A stretch of 56,770 nucleotides of DNA from positions 1-56,770 of IMG/VR virus record IMGVR_UViG_3300045526_000101; one strand, given 5' to 3'. Every line of letters begins with the position of its first letter. Position 1 is the stretch's first letter. Positions 17,758-26,904 of the stretch are shown here, piece after piece. Source of the stretch: a virus (taxonomy: Duplodnaviria; Caudoviricetes). Under the pieces are notes generated by a model. That model was not told the DNA's origin and made no database searches. It saw only the letters and a list, made by a program, of their open reading frames with translations. Both the position numbers and the translations under genes were made by a program.

Positions 17758-20700
17758 ATGGAGCACTTATCAAGGATATTTGCCAAGGCTGGGTTGACTG
17801 TAGATAACGGTGCAACCTTCAATGGCCTGGTTAACGCAAACACAGATACAGACAGATTTTTAGTGGCGGATAATGGGGTATTGAAATTCCGTACCGGGGC
17901 TGAGATTCTGTCTGATATAGGTGGTGCATCTTCCGCTTCAGGTCTGCCAATTGGTGGAACTGCTGGTCAGATACTGGCAAAGATAGATGCCACTAATTAT
18001 AACACCGAGTGGATTGATAATTTTACAACAGATGTTCGTCAGTATGTAAAGGCTGGCGAGGCTATTAATAAAGGACAGGCGGTTTATATAAGCAGTGCAG
18101 ACGGGACAAACCCTATTGTAAGTAAGGCTTCTAATGCTTCAGAGGCAACGTCATCTAAGACACTTGGATTGCTTGCTCAGAACTTGTCTCATAATGGTTT
18201 TGGATATGTAATAACAGAGGGTAGATTGTCTGGTTTAGATACTTCATCAGCTCAGATAGCAGATCCAGTGTGGTTAGGTACAAATGGTAATTTAATATTT
18301 GGCCTAGCAAACAAACCTATCGCACCAGCTCACCTGGTTTACCTGGGTGTGGTTACTAGGGTGAACCAGAATAACGGTGAGATATTTGTTCATGTTCAAA
18401 ATGGGGTGGAGCTTAATGAGATACATGATGTATTAATCCAGTCCGTTGCCAATAAAGATATTTTATACAGAGATGCTTCTACAAATCTTTGGAAGAACGC
18501 ATCTATTGCTACCGTATTGGGATTCACCCCAGCGGATAATGCTGCTCTGGCAAACTATCAGTTGACTAGCCAAAAGGCTCAGCCTAATGGTTATGCCTCT
18601 CTAGATGGTAATGGTAAGGTTCCATTGGCGCAGATGAACGATAGTATTATCGGACAGGTCGAGTATATGGGATTGTGGAATGCAGCTACCAATACACCAA
18701 CATTGAGCAGTACCCCTCAGCAGAAGGGTCATTATTATATTGTATCTGCAGCAGGTACTCAATTTGGAATTACATTTGAGATTGGCGACTGGATCATCAG
18801 TGATGGAACTACCTGGTCTAAGGTGGACAATACTGATGCAGTTAGTTCTGTGTTTGGTAGAGTAGGGAATGTTGCTGCAGCAGAGGCGGATTATCAGTCA
18901 TTCTATCCTAGACTTTCCCAGGTGTATGCTAACCCATCATGGATAAGTGAATTAGCTTGGTCTAAGATTACGGGTACGCCTACTACTCTTGCAGGCTATG
19001 GTATTACTGATGCTGTTCCATCATCAAGGACAATTACAATAAACGGCACTACATATGATCTTAGTGCTAATAGAACTTGGACTATATCTGAGGCTGATAC
19101 TTTAGCAACTGTTACAGCTCGGGGTAACACTACAAGTGCTAATGTATTCTTAGGTCAGTACTTAAGAACTGGATCTTATCCTCATTTTGGTGAAACTGTA
19201 GGCGGCTTAGCTACTCTGGTTGGTAATAATGTTTTACCTGGAACAGGTGTCAATAAGATTGTTCGATATGCTGGAGGTGATAACGGAACTTATATAATAC
19301 TGCGTTATAATGCGGGAATTATATTTGGAACAGCCCTGGCATCTACGGTTGGATCAGAGGTAGATGATACTTCGGCAGAGGCTATGAGGATCACAACCAA
19401 CAGAAATGTTCTTATTAATACCAGTGTTGATACAGGTGACTACAGGCTTGATGCAAACGGATTCTTTAGGTTAGGGCCATCGACTGGACATAATATAAGT
19501 ATTGGGCCAAACTATCAATTCAGGTCTCTTGTTTCAAATACAATCATAACTCAGGACAGTGAGAATATATCTTTGTATGCAAACAATACAGGTAATATTG
19601 TATTGGGCACACAAGCAGTTCCACGATTTGCAGTTAATAATAATGGTACTATAACGGCTAGTTCTCTGTCGGGCACTGGAACCAGAATGGTAGTATCAGA
19701 CAGTTCGGGAGTATTGTCCACACAGGCTATACCAGTTGGAACTGTTACATCTGTTGGATTGTCTACAGGAACATCTGGAACAGATGTTAATGTGAGTGGA
19801 TCTCCTGTTACAGGATCTGGTGTAATAACATTCAACATCCCAACGGCATCGGCAACGAATAGAGGACTATTAAGTACGGCAGATTGGACGACTTTTAATA
19901 ATAAGGTAAGCAGTATAATAGCGGGTAATGCTATAACCGTGAGCAATGCTTCGGGTAACGTTACGGTGAACCATGCCGATACAAGTGGAGCCGACCCAGG
20001 TGCGACCATATCGGGATCAAATGTTTTCAGAAGTATAGTATTAGATACATACGGCCATGTAACTGGTTTAAGTTATTCAAGTTTTCTAATTTCTGATTTA
20101 GGAGGTACTGCCATCAGTTCACCTTCTAACGGACAAGTTTTAAGCTATAACGGAACGAATTGGGTAAATTCATCTCTAAGTGGTTTAAGTATCATAACGG
20201 GATCAGGAACTACTAACTGGGTTCCTAAGTTTACGAGTTCATCTGCTATTGGCTTATCGAATATATACGATGGCAGTTCGTTCATAGGTGTATTTACGGC
20301 AACCGACAACCTAAGCGGTGCGAAGTTGCAAGTGAATGGTGGGGCATATCTTAAAGGTACTAATGCTGGTCAATTAATACTTGACAATGATAATAGTCAA
20401 TATGTTCAATTATTATTACAAAGAAATTCAACGGCTAATACTGGTGGCGATATTTTATTAGATGGAACTAATAATAAATTTAATATTCGTGTATTATCAA
20501 CTGCATCATTTGTAGTATCAACGAGTTCTTCGGCTGGTTCTCCAATCGAAAGATTTACTATTTCTAATACTGGGGCGGCTACGTTTAGTAGTAGTGTAAC
20601 GGCTGGTTCACCAATTTCAGTAAAGGGAACAACCCCATTTTTTAGATGGTTAAATGACTCAGATGTTAGATTAGCATATATACAACATAATGCAAGTAAT

Positions 20701-23166
20701 TTAATATATAATGCAGATACGGGAAGTCATGTATTTAATCAAAACGTAGGAATCGGAGCCACTCCGAGTGCGTGGACTGCATTCAACCCAGTTTTACAAG
20801 TCAAAACGGGTAGTTTAGCGGGTAGCGGTACTGCCAATTTCAGAATGTTTGCTAATACATATTATGATGGTTCGTATAAGTACATCGGTACGGGAACGGC
20901 TACACAATATGAGCAAGATGGATATCACGCATGGTACACTGCACCTAGCGGAAGTGCGAATGCAGCTATCACGTTCACTCAGGCAATGACGCTAACGAGT
21001 GGTGGATTATTAGGAATTGGTGCTACTAATCCAACAAGAAGTTTGCAGATTACAAGAACATCTACTGCTTTTATCAATGCGGAGGGTAGTGTTGTTGCTA
21101 TGGGAAGTAGTGATACTGAATTAAGGCTTTACGGTAATAATACCGAAACAATGACTTTAAAGTCCGGCAACGTGGGGATTGGTACGGCTTCACCTACAAC
21201 CTTGTTATCATTAGCTGGAAGTGCATCAACAACATTTGGTTTATCCATTTCTGCTAGTGGATGGAATGATGCAAGGCATAGATTAACCATTCCGACAAGT
21301 GGTGATACATCAGTATGGAGTTGGAATTATAATGGATCAGCTATTGATAGTGCAAGTTATGGCACAAGTACTATAAGTGTTGGAAATGGTGTTTTAACTT
21401 TTAGTACGAATACTACCAATACTGCACCTACCGAACGTATGCGGATTACAAGTGGGGGGGATGTACAAGTTACAAAAACTACTGGAACATTATTAGATAT
21501 AAGAGCAACCAATACGGGTGGAACGGCTGAATTAAAACTTAATCCAGTAAATAATAATAATTATAGTTTATATACTTCTGGAAGTACAGATGCTTTGCAA
21601 TTTTTACGGAATGGTAGTGAGCAAATGCGGATTACGAATGTAGGGAATGTTGGCCTCGGTGTCACTCCAAGTGCGTGGAGTACGTTTACTGCAATGCAAA
21701 TAAAAAACGCATCATTTGCTGGTCAAGCGAATTTTGCTTATATGGGTGCAAACTATTATTATGATGGTACAAATAATAGATACATAGCATCTGATTTTGC
21801 GAGTAGGTATCAACAATTTAATGGGATACATCAATGGCTAACTGCATCCTCCGGTACGGCTGGAAATATTATCACGTTCAGTTCGGCTATGACGCTTGAT
21901 GCGAGTGGGCGGTTGGGTATTGGTACAACTTCGCCATCATATAGATTAGATATTTCGGGAAGTTCTATGACAAGAGGAACATTGGTAATTGATAACAATG
22001 GCACAGATACATCTCCGACAGAATATTTAAGATTTGAAAGGAATTCTCAAGGAAGCACAAACTATTTCAATAGCATTTATAGTTCAACAGGATCAGGCAC
22101 TAACTTAATGCAATTTAGATTATCTAATACATCAGGTAGTCAAGGAACTATAATGACATTAACAGGAACAGGCAACGTGGGGATTGGTACGGCTACGCCT
22201 TCATACAAATTAGATGTTCAAAATAATGGAGATTTTGATGTAAGAATAAAAGATACAACACTAGGTGGCACTGTTGGAATTTTATTTGAAGCTGCCAATG
22301 ATTTTAGTGGAACATCTCAGGCATATGTAAAAGGTATATTAAGCGGTAATTCTGGTACAAGTCAATTAATATTTGGTACTGCTGGGTCAAGTGGAGATGT
22401 AACAGCTACCGAGCGCATGAGAATAACCTCCAGCGGTAGCGTTTTAATCGGAAATACTGCTGGTAATGGATATAAGCTAGAGGTATTCGGTAGCACTCAA
22501 GCTGGAAATACATTCGGACAAACTTTTGCTGGTGTTGGTGCGTATTCACAATGGATAACAAGTGGAGGCGCATTTGCAATGGGTTTAGATGGAGCGGCTG
22601 GTGCTACAGAACGTCTTAGGATTACCTCTTCTGGCCGAGTACTAATCGGCACCACCACCGACAATACTATAGATCTGTTGCAAGTGGCGGGGAGTGGTAG
22701 GTTTAGCAATAATTTTGTAGCATCTGGATATTCAGCTTTTGGAAGAAGTGTAGATGGTTCATATAGAGTAATAATACAAGGTCAAGGTACAACATCATCG
22801 ACATTTGGCATATCTGCAACAGATAGTGGTGGGAATCAAAACTTTTGGGTTAGAGATGATGGAGCAGGATATTTAAGAGCATCAGCATGGACATATGGCT
22901 CAGATAAAAGAATTAAGGAAAATATTTCATATATCGAAAGTGGTATTGACAAGGTAATGAAATTGAAACCAGCAACATTTGATTATATCGATGGGGCAAA
23001 AAATAACATTGGATGGATTGCGCAAGATATTCAAGAGGTTATTCCCGAAGCGGTTTCAATAGTAAATGCTAAAGGTCAATTAGGTTTAAAATCTGAATTT
23101 ATTGTTCCCTATTTAGTCAAAGCCATCCAAGAATTAAAAACAGAATTAGATACTTTAAAAAAATAA
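17758..23166 (+). CDS. long tail fibre with C-terminal intramolecular chaperone (peptidase S74-like)
   Basis: 1802 aa; many ERMRI..GNVGIGT.P repeats; SDKRIKENI...GWIAQD...LVKAIQEL chaperone signature. Confidence 0.9.
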   Translation: MEHLSRIFAKAGLTVDNGATFNGLVNANTDTDRFLVADNGVLKFRTGAEILSDIGGASSASGLPIGGTAGQILAKIDATNYNTEWIDNFTTDVRQYVKAGEAINKGQAVYISSADGTNPIVSKASNASEATSSKTLGLLAQNLSHNGFGYVITEGRLSGLDTSSAQIADPVWLGTNGNLIFGLANKPIAPAHLVYLGVVTRVNQNNGEIFVHVQNGVELNEIHDVLIQSVANKDILYRDASTNLWKNASIATVLGFTPADNAALANYQLTSQKAQPNGYASLDGNGKVPLAQMNDSIIGQVEYMGLWNAATNTPTLSSTPQQKGHYYIVSAAGTQFGITFEIGDWIISDGTTWSKVDNTDAVSSVFGRVGNVAAAEADYQSFYPRLSQVYANPSWISELAWSKITGTPTTLAGYGITDAVPSSRTITINGTTYDLSANRTWTISEADTLATVTARGNTTSANVFLGQYLRTGSYPHFGETVGGLATLVGNNVLPGTGVNKIVRYAGGDNGTYIILRYNAGIIFGTALASTVGSEVDDTSAEAMRITTNRNVLINTSVDTGDYRLDANGFFRLGPSTGHNISIGPNYQFRSLVSNTIITQDSENISLYANNTGNIVLGTQAVPRFAVNNNGTITASSLSGTGTRMVVSDSSGVLSTQAIPVGTVTSVGLSTGTSGTDVNVSGSPVTGSGVITFNIPTASATNRGLLSTADWTTFNNKVSSIIAGNAITVSNASGNVTVNHADTSGADPGATISGSNVFRSIVLDTYGHVTGLSYSSFLISDLGGTAISSPSNGQVLSYNGTNWVNSSLSGLSIITGSGTTNWVPKFTSSSAIGLSNIYDGSSFIGVFTATDNLSGAKLQVNGGAYLKGTNAGQLILDNDNSQYVQLLLQRNSTANTGGDILLDGTNNKFNIRVLSTASFVVSTSSSAGSPIERFTISNTGAATFSSSVTAGSPISVKGTTPFFRWLNDSDVRLAYIQHNASNLIYNADTGSHVFNQNVGIGATPSAWTAFNPVLQVKTGSLAGSGTANFRMFANTYYDGSYKYIGTGTATQYEQDGYHAWYTAPSGSANAAITFTQAMTLTSGGLLGIGATNPTRSLQITRTSTAFINAEGSVVAMGSSDTELRLYGNNTETMTLKSGNVGIGTASPTTLLSLAGSASTTFGLSISASGWNDARHRLTIPTSGDTSVWSWNYNGSAIDSASYGTSTISVGNGVLTFSTNTTNTAPTERMRITSGGDVQVTKTTGTLLDIRATNTGGTAELKLNPVNNNNYSLYTSGSTDALQFLRNGSEQMRITNVGNVGLGVTPSAWSTFTAMQIKNASFAGQANFAYMGANYYYDGTNNRYIASDFASRYQQFNGIHQWLTASSGTAGNIITFSSAMTLDASGRLGIGTTSPSYRLDISGSSMTRGTLVIDNNGTDTSPTEYLRFERNSQGSTNYFNSIYSSTGSGTNLMQFRLSNTSGSQGTIMTLTGTGNVGIGTATPSYKLDVQNNGDFDVRIKDTTLGGTVGILFEAANDFSGTSQAYVKGILSGNSGTSQLIFGTAGSSGDVTATERMRITSSGSVLIGNTAGNGYKLEVFGSTQAGNTFGQTFAGVGAYSQWITSGGAFAMGLDGAAGATERLRITSSGRVLIGTTTDNTIDLLQVAGSGRFSNNFVASGYSAFGRSVDGSYRVIIQGQGTTSSTFGISATDSGGNQNFWVRDDGAGYLRASAWTYGSDKRIKENISYIESGIDKVMKLKPATFDYIDGAKNNIGWIAQDIQEVIPEAVSIVNAKGQLGLKSEFIVPYLVKAIQELKTELDTLKK

Positions 23167-23169
23167 AAT

Positions 23170-23472
23170 ATGAATACAATTCAATTCAATCTCTCAAGTC
23201 CACTACCTTACTTGAATACGCAAATTACAAAAGGTAGTTTTATAGTTTCTTATCCTAGTGGTTTATCGTATTGGCAGCTAGAGGATGAGAAAGGTAAAGT
23301 ATTAGATGGCAATTACACATTCAGCCAAGAAACTTTAAGTCAATGGACAGACTCAGATCAAGTGTTGATCGATGCTTTGTTAGAAGCAGAGCCATGGATA
23401 GTGAAGGAGCAACCAGCACCGGAGCCTCAGCCGGAGCCGGAGCCGATTGAGGAGGTTCCAGCCACTGAGTAA
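23170..23472 (+). CDS. fibre-associated hypothetical protein
   Basis: Follows the fibre gene; PEPQPEPEP tail. Confidence 0.55.
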   Translation: MNTIQFNLSSPLPYLNTQITKGSFIVSYPSGLSYWQLEDEKGKVLDGNYTFSQETLSQWTDSDQVLIDALLEAEPWIVKEQPAPEPQPEPEPIEEVPATE

Positions 23473-23812
23473 CCAGGGTGTTTTTTTGCCCTTTACGGCT
23501 AAAGTACTTAGTAAATTTGCACTAAATATTTTAGCTATGTTAGATTTTACCAAACATTTAGTAGGACTAGACGGACAACCAATTAAAGATGCCGATGGCC
23601 CAATCAGCCTGGGTAAGCTTTTATCTGGTCAACTAGCCTTTACCAACAAGGGAGATGCATTAAAGTTATTCACTTGGGCCCAGAAGCTCTACAAGGATGA
23701 ACCACTGGATCTTGATCCTAGTGACGCCTCAACCTTAAAGGAATTCATCAAGTCCAATGAACAACTGACAGTATTAGCAAAAGCACAATTGTTGGAAGTT
23801 TTCAAAGATTAA
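23447..23812 (+). CDS. hypothetical protein (likely ATG at 23537)
   Basis: TAAATTTG -7 box at 23512-23519 upstream of MLDFTK. Confidence 0.6.
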   Translation: MRRFQPLSNQGVFLPFTAKVLSKFALNILAMLDFTKHLVGLDGQPIKDADGPISLGKLLSGQLAFTNKGDALKLFTWAQKLYKDEPLDLDPSDASTLKEFIKSNEQLTVLAKAQLLEVFKD

Positions 23813-23814
23813 GT

Positions 23815-24069
23815 ATGATGCCCGTTGAGAAAGTAAAGTCGTGGCTGACCCCGATCCTAATTACAGGATTCAGTACAGTACTCTGGAATCTCTTTACCGA
23901 GATCCGTTCAGACATTAAAACACTGTTAGCTGCCAATGCGGAAGTACAAATTAAGATCCAGTCGCTAGAAAAGCGCATGGATGGGTTAGAGACCAAGGTA
24001 TATTCTCAGCGGGCATTCTTTCTAAAACCAGATGAAATTGAAATACCTAAGCCTAATAATCGTAATTAG
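23815..24069 (+). CDS. single-TM coiled-coil protein, holin candidate
   Basis: N-terminal TM (WLTPILITGFSTVLW) plus coiled coil; adjacent to the spanin-like gene. Confidence 0.45.
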   Translation: MMPVEKVKSWLTPILITGFSTVLWNLFTEIRSDIKTLLAANAEVQIKIQSLEKRMDGLETKVYSQRAFFLKPDEIEIPKPNNRN

Positions 24070-24577
24070 TCTTTCATGTAACCCTGTTAAGAAAGTCCTT
24101 AACGACCCGGCCAAATTTGACCAGGTTGCTGAGGAGGTCATTAAGAGGGGTAAGTGTGTGAATGATACCATTACGATTACCGAGGTTAAGGATTCAGTAG
24201 TATATAAGGACTCTATCGTAGAGACCATTAAGAACATACCCTGCAGGGACTTTGACACTACTATAGGTAGGGCCAGAATAAAAGTCAGCTCGGGGGTATT
24301 ATCCTACTCCACAAAAGACTCTGTAGTCTATAGAACTAAGACTGTAACCAATACAGTAAAAGACAGATCCCTAGAAAACCTTCTAAGGGGTGATATCGCC
24401 AAACTCAACCAGAACCTAGCAGATAGGGACGAACTAATTAAAAGCGAGTACGCTCGATATAAGAAGCTCTCCAGCGAACATACCTGGCTTAAAGTAAGAC
24501 TATGGTTTTTGATCATAGCGGCTTTGATTATAACATTCCGTAAACCAATTTTCAGATGGCTCTTTTCAAAGTTGTAG
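24032..24577 (+). CDS. unimolecular spanin-like lipoprotein
   Basis: N-terminal lipoprotein signal ending ISLSC; C-terminal TM (LWFLIIAALII) followed by basic residues. Confidence 0.6.
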   Translation: MKLKYLSLIIVISLSCNPVKKVLNDPAKFDQVAEEVIKRGKCVNDTITITEVKDSVVYKDSIVETIKNIPCRDFDTTIGRARIKVSSGVLSYSTKDSVVYRTKTVTNTVKDRSLENLLRGDIAKLNQNLADRDELIKSEYARYKKLSSEHTWLKVRLWFLIIAALIITFRKPIFRWLFSKL

Positions 24578-24834
24578 CAGCAAAAGATGGTGATCATGCC
24601 TGGCAAGCGACTGGCACGAATCCTAAGACGGGACGTGAGATTACGCTTAAAGGCGGTGAGGCAAAGCATCGTGGCAAGTGGGGAACCAAGGGTGGAAAGA
24701 CCGAAGGTCAGGTTAAAAGTTACTTTGCTAGACACGCCAATAATAAGAGCCCTGTGGCGTATATAAACGACAAGAACTGGAGAGAAGGATCGCAGATTGG
24801 AAAATCTGTGAACATACCCAATAATAGATTTTAA
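24556..24834 (+). CDS. small basic hypothetical protein
   Basis: 92 aa, K/G-rich, KSYFARH motif. Confidence 0.55.
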   Translation: MALFKVVAAKDGDHAWQATGTNPKTGREITLKGGEAKHRGKWGTKGGKTEGQVKSYFARHANNKSPVAYINDKNWREGSQIGKSVNIPNNRF

Positions 24835-24836
24835 AG

Positions 24837-25529
24837 ATGGATCTCAAGGTTATACACGATACAATCCGATACTATGTTAACAAAGACCAGCAGGCATACA
24901 TTAGTCCGCAGGAGATTGATAACGTATTGGATAAGGCACAGTTGGTTTTATTTAACCAATACCATACTAATCCAAAACTACCAGCCAAAGTCCAGGCTGC
25001 TGTATATGGGGATTCTCAACGTATAGACGATGCCTTAAGCATATTTAAAGACAAGTACACCTTTACTACTGGCGACACGCCAAGTGGTATAGTGACACTT
25101 CCGGCAAACTATCTACATCTACTTTCATTATACACCACTCAGTATAGTAACCAGCTCGGGAGAAATGTTTACTCAGCTGTGCAGGTACTAAATGAGGAGG
25201 AGCTGATAGAAAGATTAAACAGTCAGGTTATACCTGTTAGTGCGGAAGATCCTATTGCTATAATGAATAAGCAGAATAAGATTCAACTATTCCCAGAGGT
25301 CGCTACCAATGGCGGAGTGTACTATCTGAGAAGACCAGTTGCTCCAGTATTTGTATATACACAAAGTGGTAGAACGATTACCTATAACCAGGCGGGATCA
25401 ACCCAGCTTGAGTGGAGAGATATGGACGTGAACAATGTTATAGCTATAGCCTTGTCTTATTACGGATTAAACATGAGCTCTGGTGAGGTGATGCAATTTG
25501 CTCAAGCTAAACAAGTAGAAGGACAATGA
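24837..25529 (+). CDS. tail ring / head-tail adaptor protein
   Basis: NK.Q..YISPQEID..L.KAQL..F and YLRRP..P motifs of crAss-like ring proteins. Confidence 0.65.
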   Translation: MDLKVIHDTIRYYVNKDQQAYISPQEIDNVLDKAQLVLFNQYHTNPKLPAKVQAAVYGDSQRIDDALSIFKDKYTFTTGDTPSGIVTLPANYLHLLSLYTTQYSNQLGRNVYSAVQVLNEEELIERLNSQVIPVSAEDPIAIMNKQNKIQLFPEVATNGGVYYLRRPVAPVFVYTQSGRTITYNQAGSTQLEWRDMDVNNVIAIALSYYGLNMSSGEVMQFAQAKQVEGQ

Positions 25530-26146
25530 CAACCATATATTCCATATCCGAGCAAGTGATGCGCTTAATGGCAGGTAACATTATTATCAGTGGTCGATAC
25601 CACATTAATGATGTTAAGCGTCTTGTTGTTCAGGTTAGCAACCAATTGTTAAAGGCGGATCACTTTGCCATTAACGTACCAGAGGGTGACACTATACCTA
25701 ATAACTGTATGGTGTTTACTTATGATAATATTACGGTAACAACCTATAAGACAACTAAAAGTAAATGCACCCTTCCAAGCATACCTATAAGCTTACCCAG
25801 GAATATGGGGGTTCTACACATCTCTAAGACGGATGCTATAGATGAACCTTTTATTCCTATTCCAACATCGATGTATGGGATCATAAAGCCACAAGATCTT
25901 CTAGGAGATCTATCTGGATTGATCGGATACGAAGTGGTTGGTAAGGATGTAATCTTTACGAAGAATCTTCCAGGTATGGGCGTGAATGCGGTTTACATGA
26001 GACTTGTGGGTTCTGATATATCTCAGCTCGGGGATTACGATATTCTTCCATTATCAGCAGATATGGAAGCTCAGGTAATTCAAACTGTGTACAACATATT
26101 AGTTCAAACACCGCCAGCAGATAAGGCACAAAATAAGAACGACTAA
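25526..26146 (+). CDS. tail ring protein (putative)
   Basis: Coupled ORF within the tail block. Confidence 0.5.
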   Translation: MTTIYSISEQVMRLMAGNIIISGRYHINDVKRLVVQVSNQLLKADHFAINVPEGDTIPNNCMVFTYDNITVTTYKTTKSKCTLPSIPISLPRNMGVLHISKTDAIDEPFIPIPTSMYGIIKPQDLLGDLSGLIGYEVVGKDVIFTKNLPGMGVNAVYMRLVGSDISQLGDYDILPLSADMEAQVIQTVYNILVQTPPADKAQNKND

Positions 26147-26904
26147 TGAAACTATATACGTTAGATAAGCTGGTTCGGGGGGTACTCACATCAAGAGGAT
26201 ACCCTTTGCATTTCTACATGCAATTCCTTCATTATGGAATTCAAGCTCTTCGTGAGTTGAACTTTGATGTAATGCAGAATGTAAAGAGTGTTAGACTACC
26301 AGTTAATTCATACAAGGCGGTAACCATACCATGTGATTTTGTTGATTACGTAAGAATAGGTAACGAGCTTGGTCAGTATATTTTAAAGTGGGGCGAGAAA
26401 GATTCATTCAACAGACTGAATAGATTTGACGCCAATGGAAACAAGATCAACTACCCTGATATTGATTCGGCTAATGGTATGCTCCCGAACACATGGGAAA
26501 GCTACTATTACTCACTCTATGTTAACGATAAGGGTGAGCACCTGGGTAGGATCTTTAATAACAAGCCATCCTTCCCTAATTCATTTGAGGTGATCAGAGA
26601 GCGTAACGAGATTCAGTTGGATGAAGGATATGCGGGGACAGAAATTGTATTAGACTATATATCTGATGGAACTTCTGTAAGTGCTAGTAACGCCATACAC
26701 CCGTATGCTGCTGCTGCTATAGAAGCATATATCATATACAAAATGAAAGAGCACAGTCGTGCGTACAACCTTAGTGAAAGACAGTTAGCTCAGCAGGAGT
26801 GGTATAATCAATTGAGAATCCTAAGGGCACGTATGAACGGAATTGATACTAACGATATCCAGAGAAGCTTGTCAAGAAGCTACTCGCCAACTATCAAGAA
26901 CTAA
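26146..26904 (+). CDS. tail tubular/ring protein
   Basis: LRELNFD..P.DFVDYVRIG..IVLDYISDG..AIEAYI motifs. Confidence 0.65.
   Translation: MKLYTLDKLVRGVLTSRGYPLHFYMQFLHYGIQALRELNFDVMQNVKSVRLPVNSYKAVTIPCDFVDYVRIGNELGQYILKWGEKDSFNRLNRFDANGNKINYPDIDSANGMLPNTWESYYYSLYVNDKGEHLGRIFNNKPSFPNSFEVIRERNEIQLDEGYAGTEIVLDYISDGTSVSASNAIHPYAAAAIEAYIIYKMKEHSRAYNLSERQLAQQEWYNQLRILRARMNGIDTNDIQRSLSRSYSPTIKN

Noticed and set aside
17758-23166. Diversity-generating retroelement or invertible cassette acting on the fibre
   Set aside because: No reverse transcriptase, no adenine-specific TR/VR pair and no inverted cassettes or nearby invertase seen
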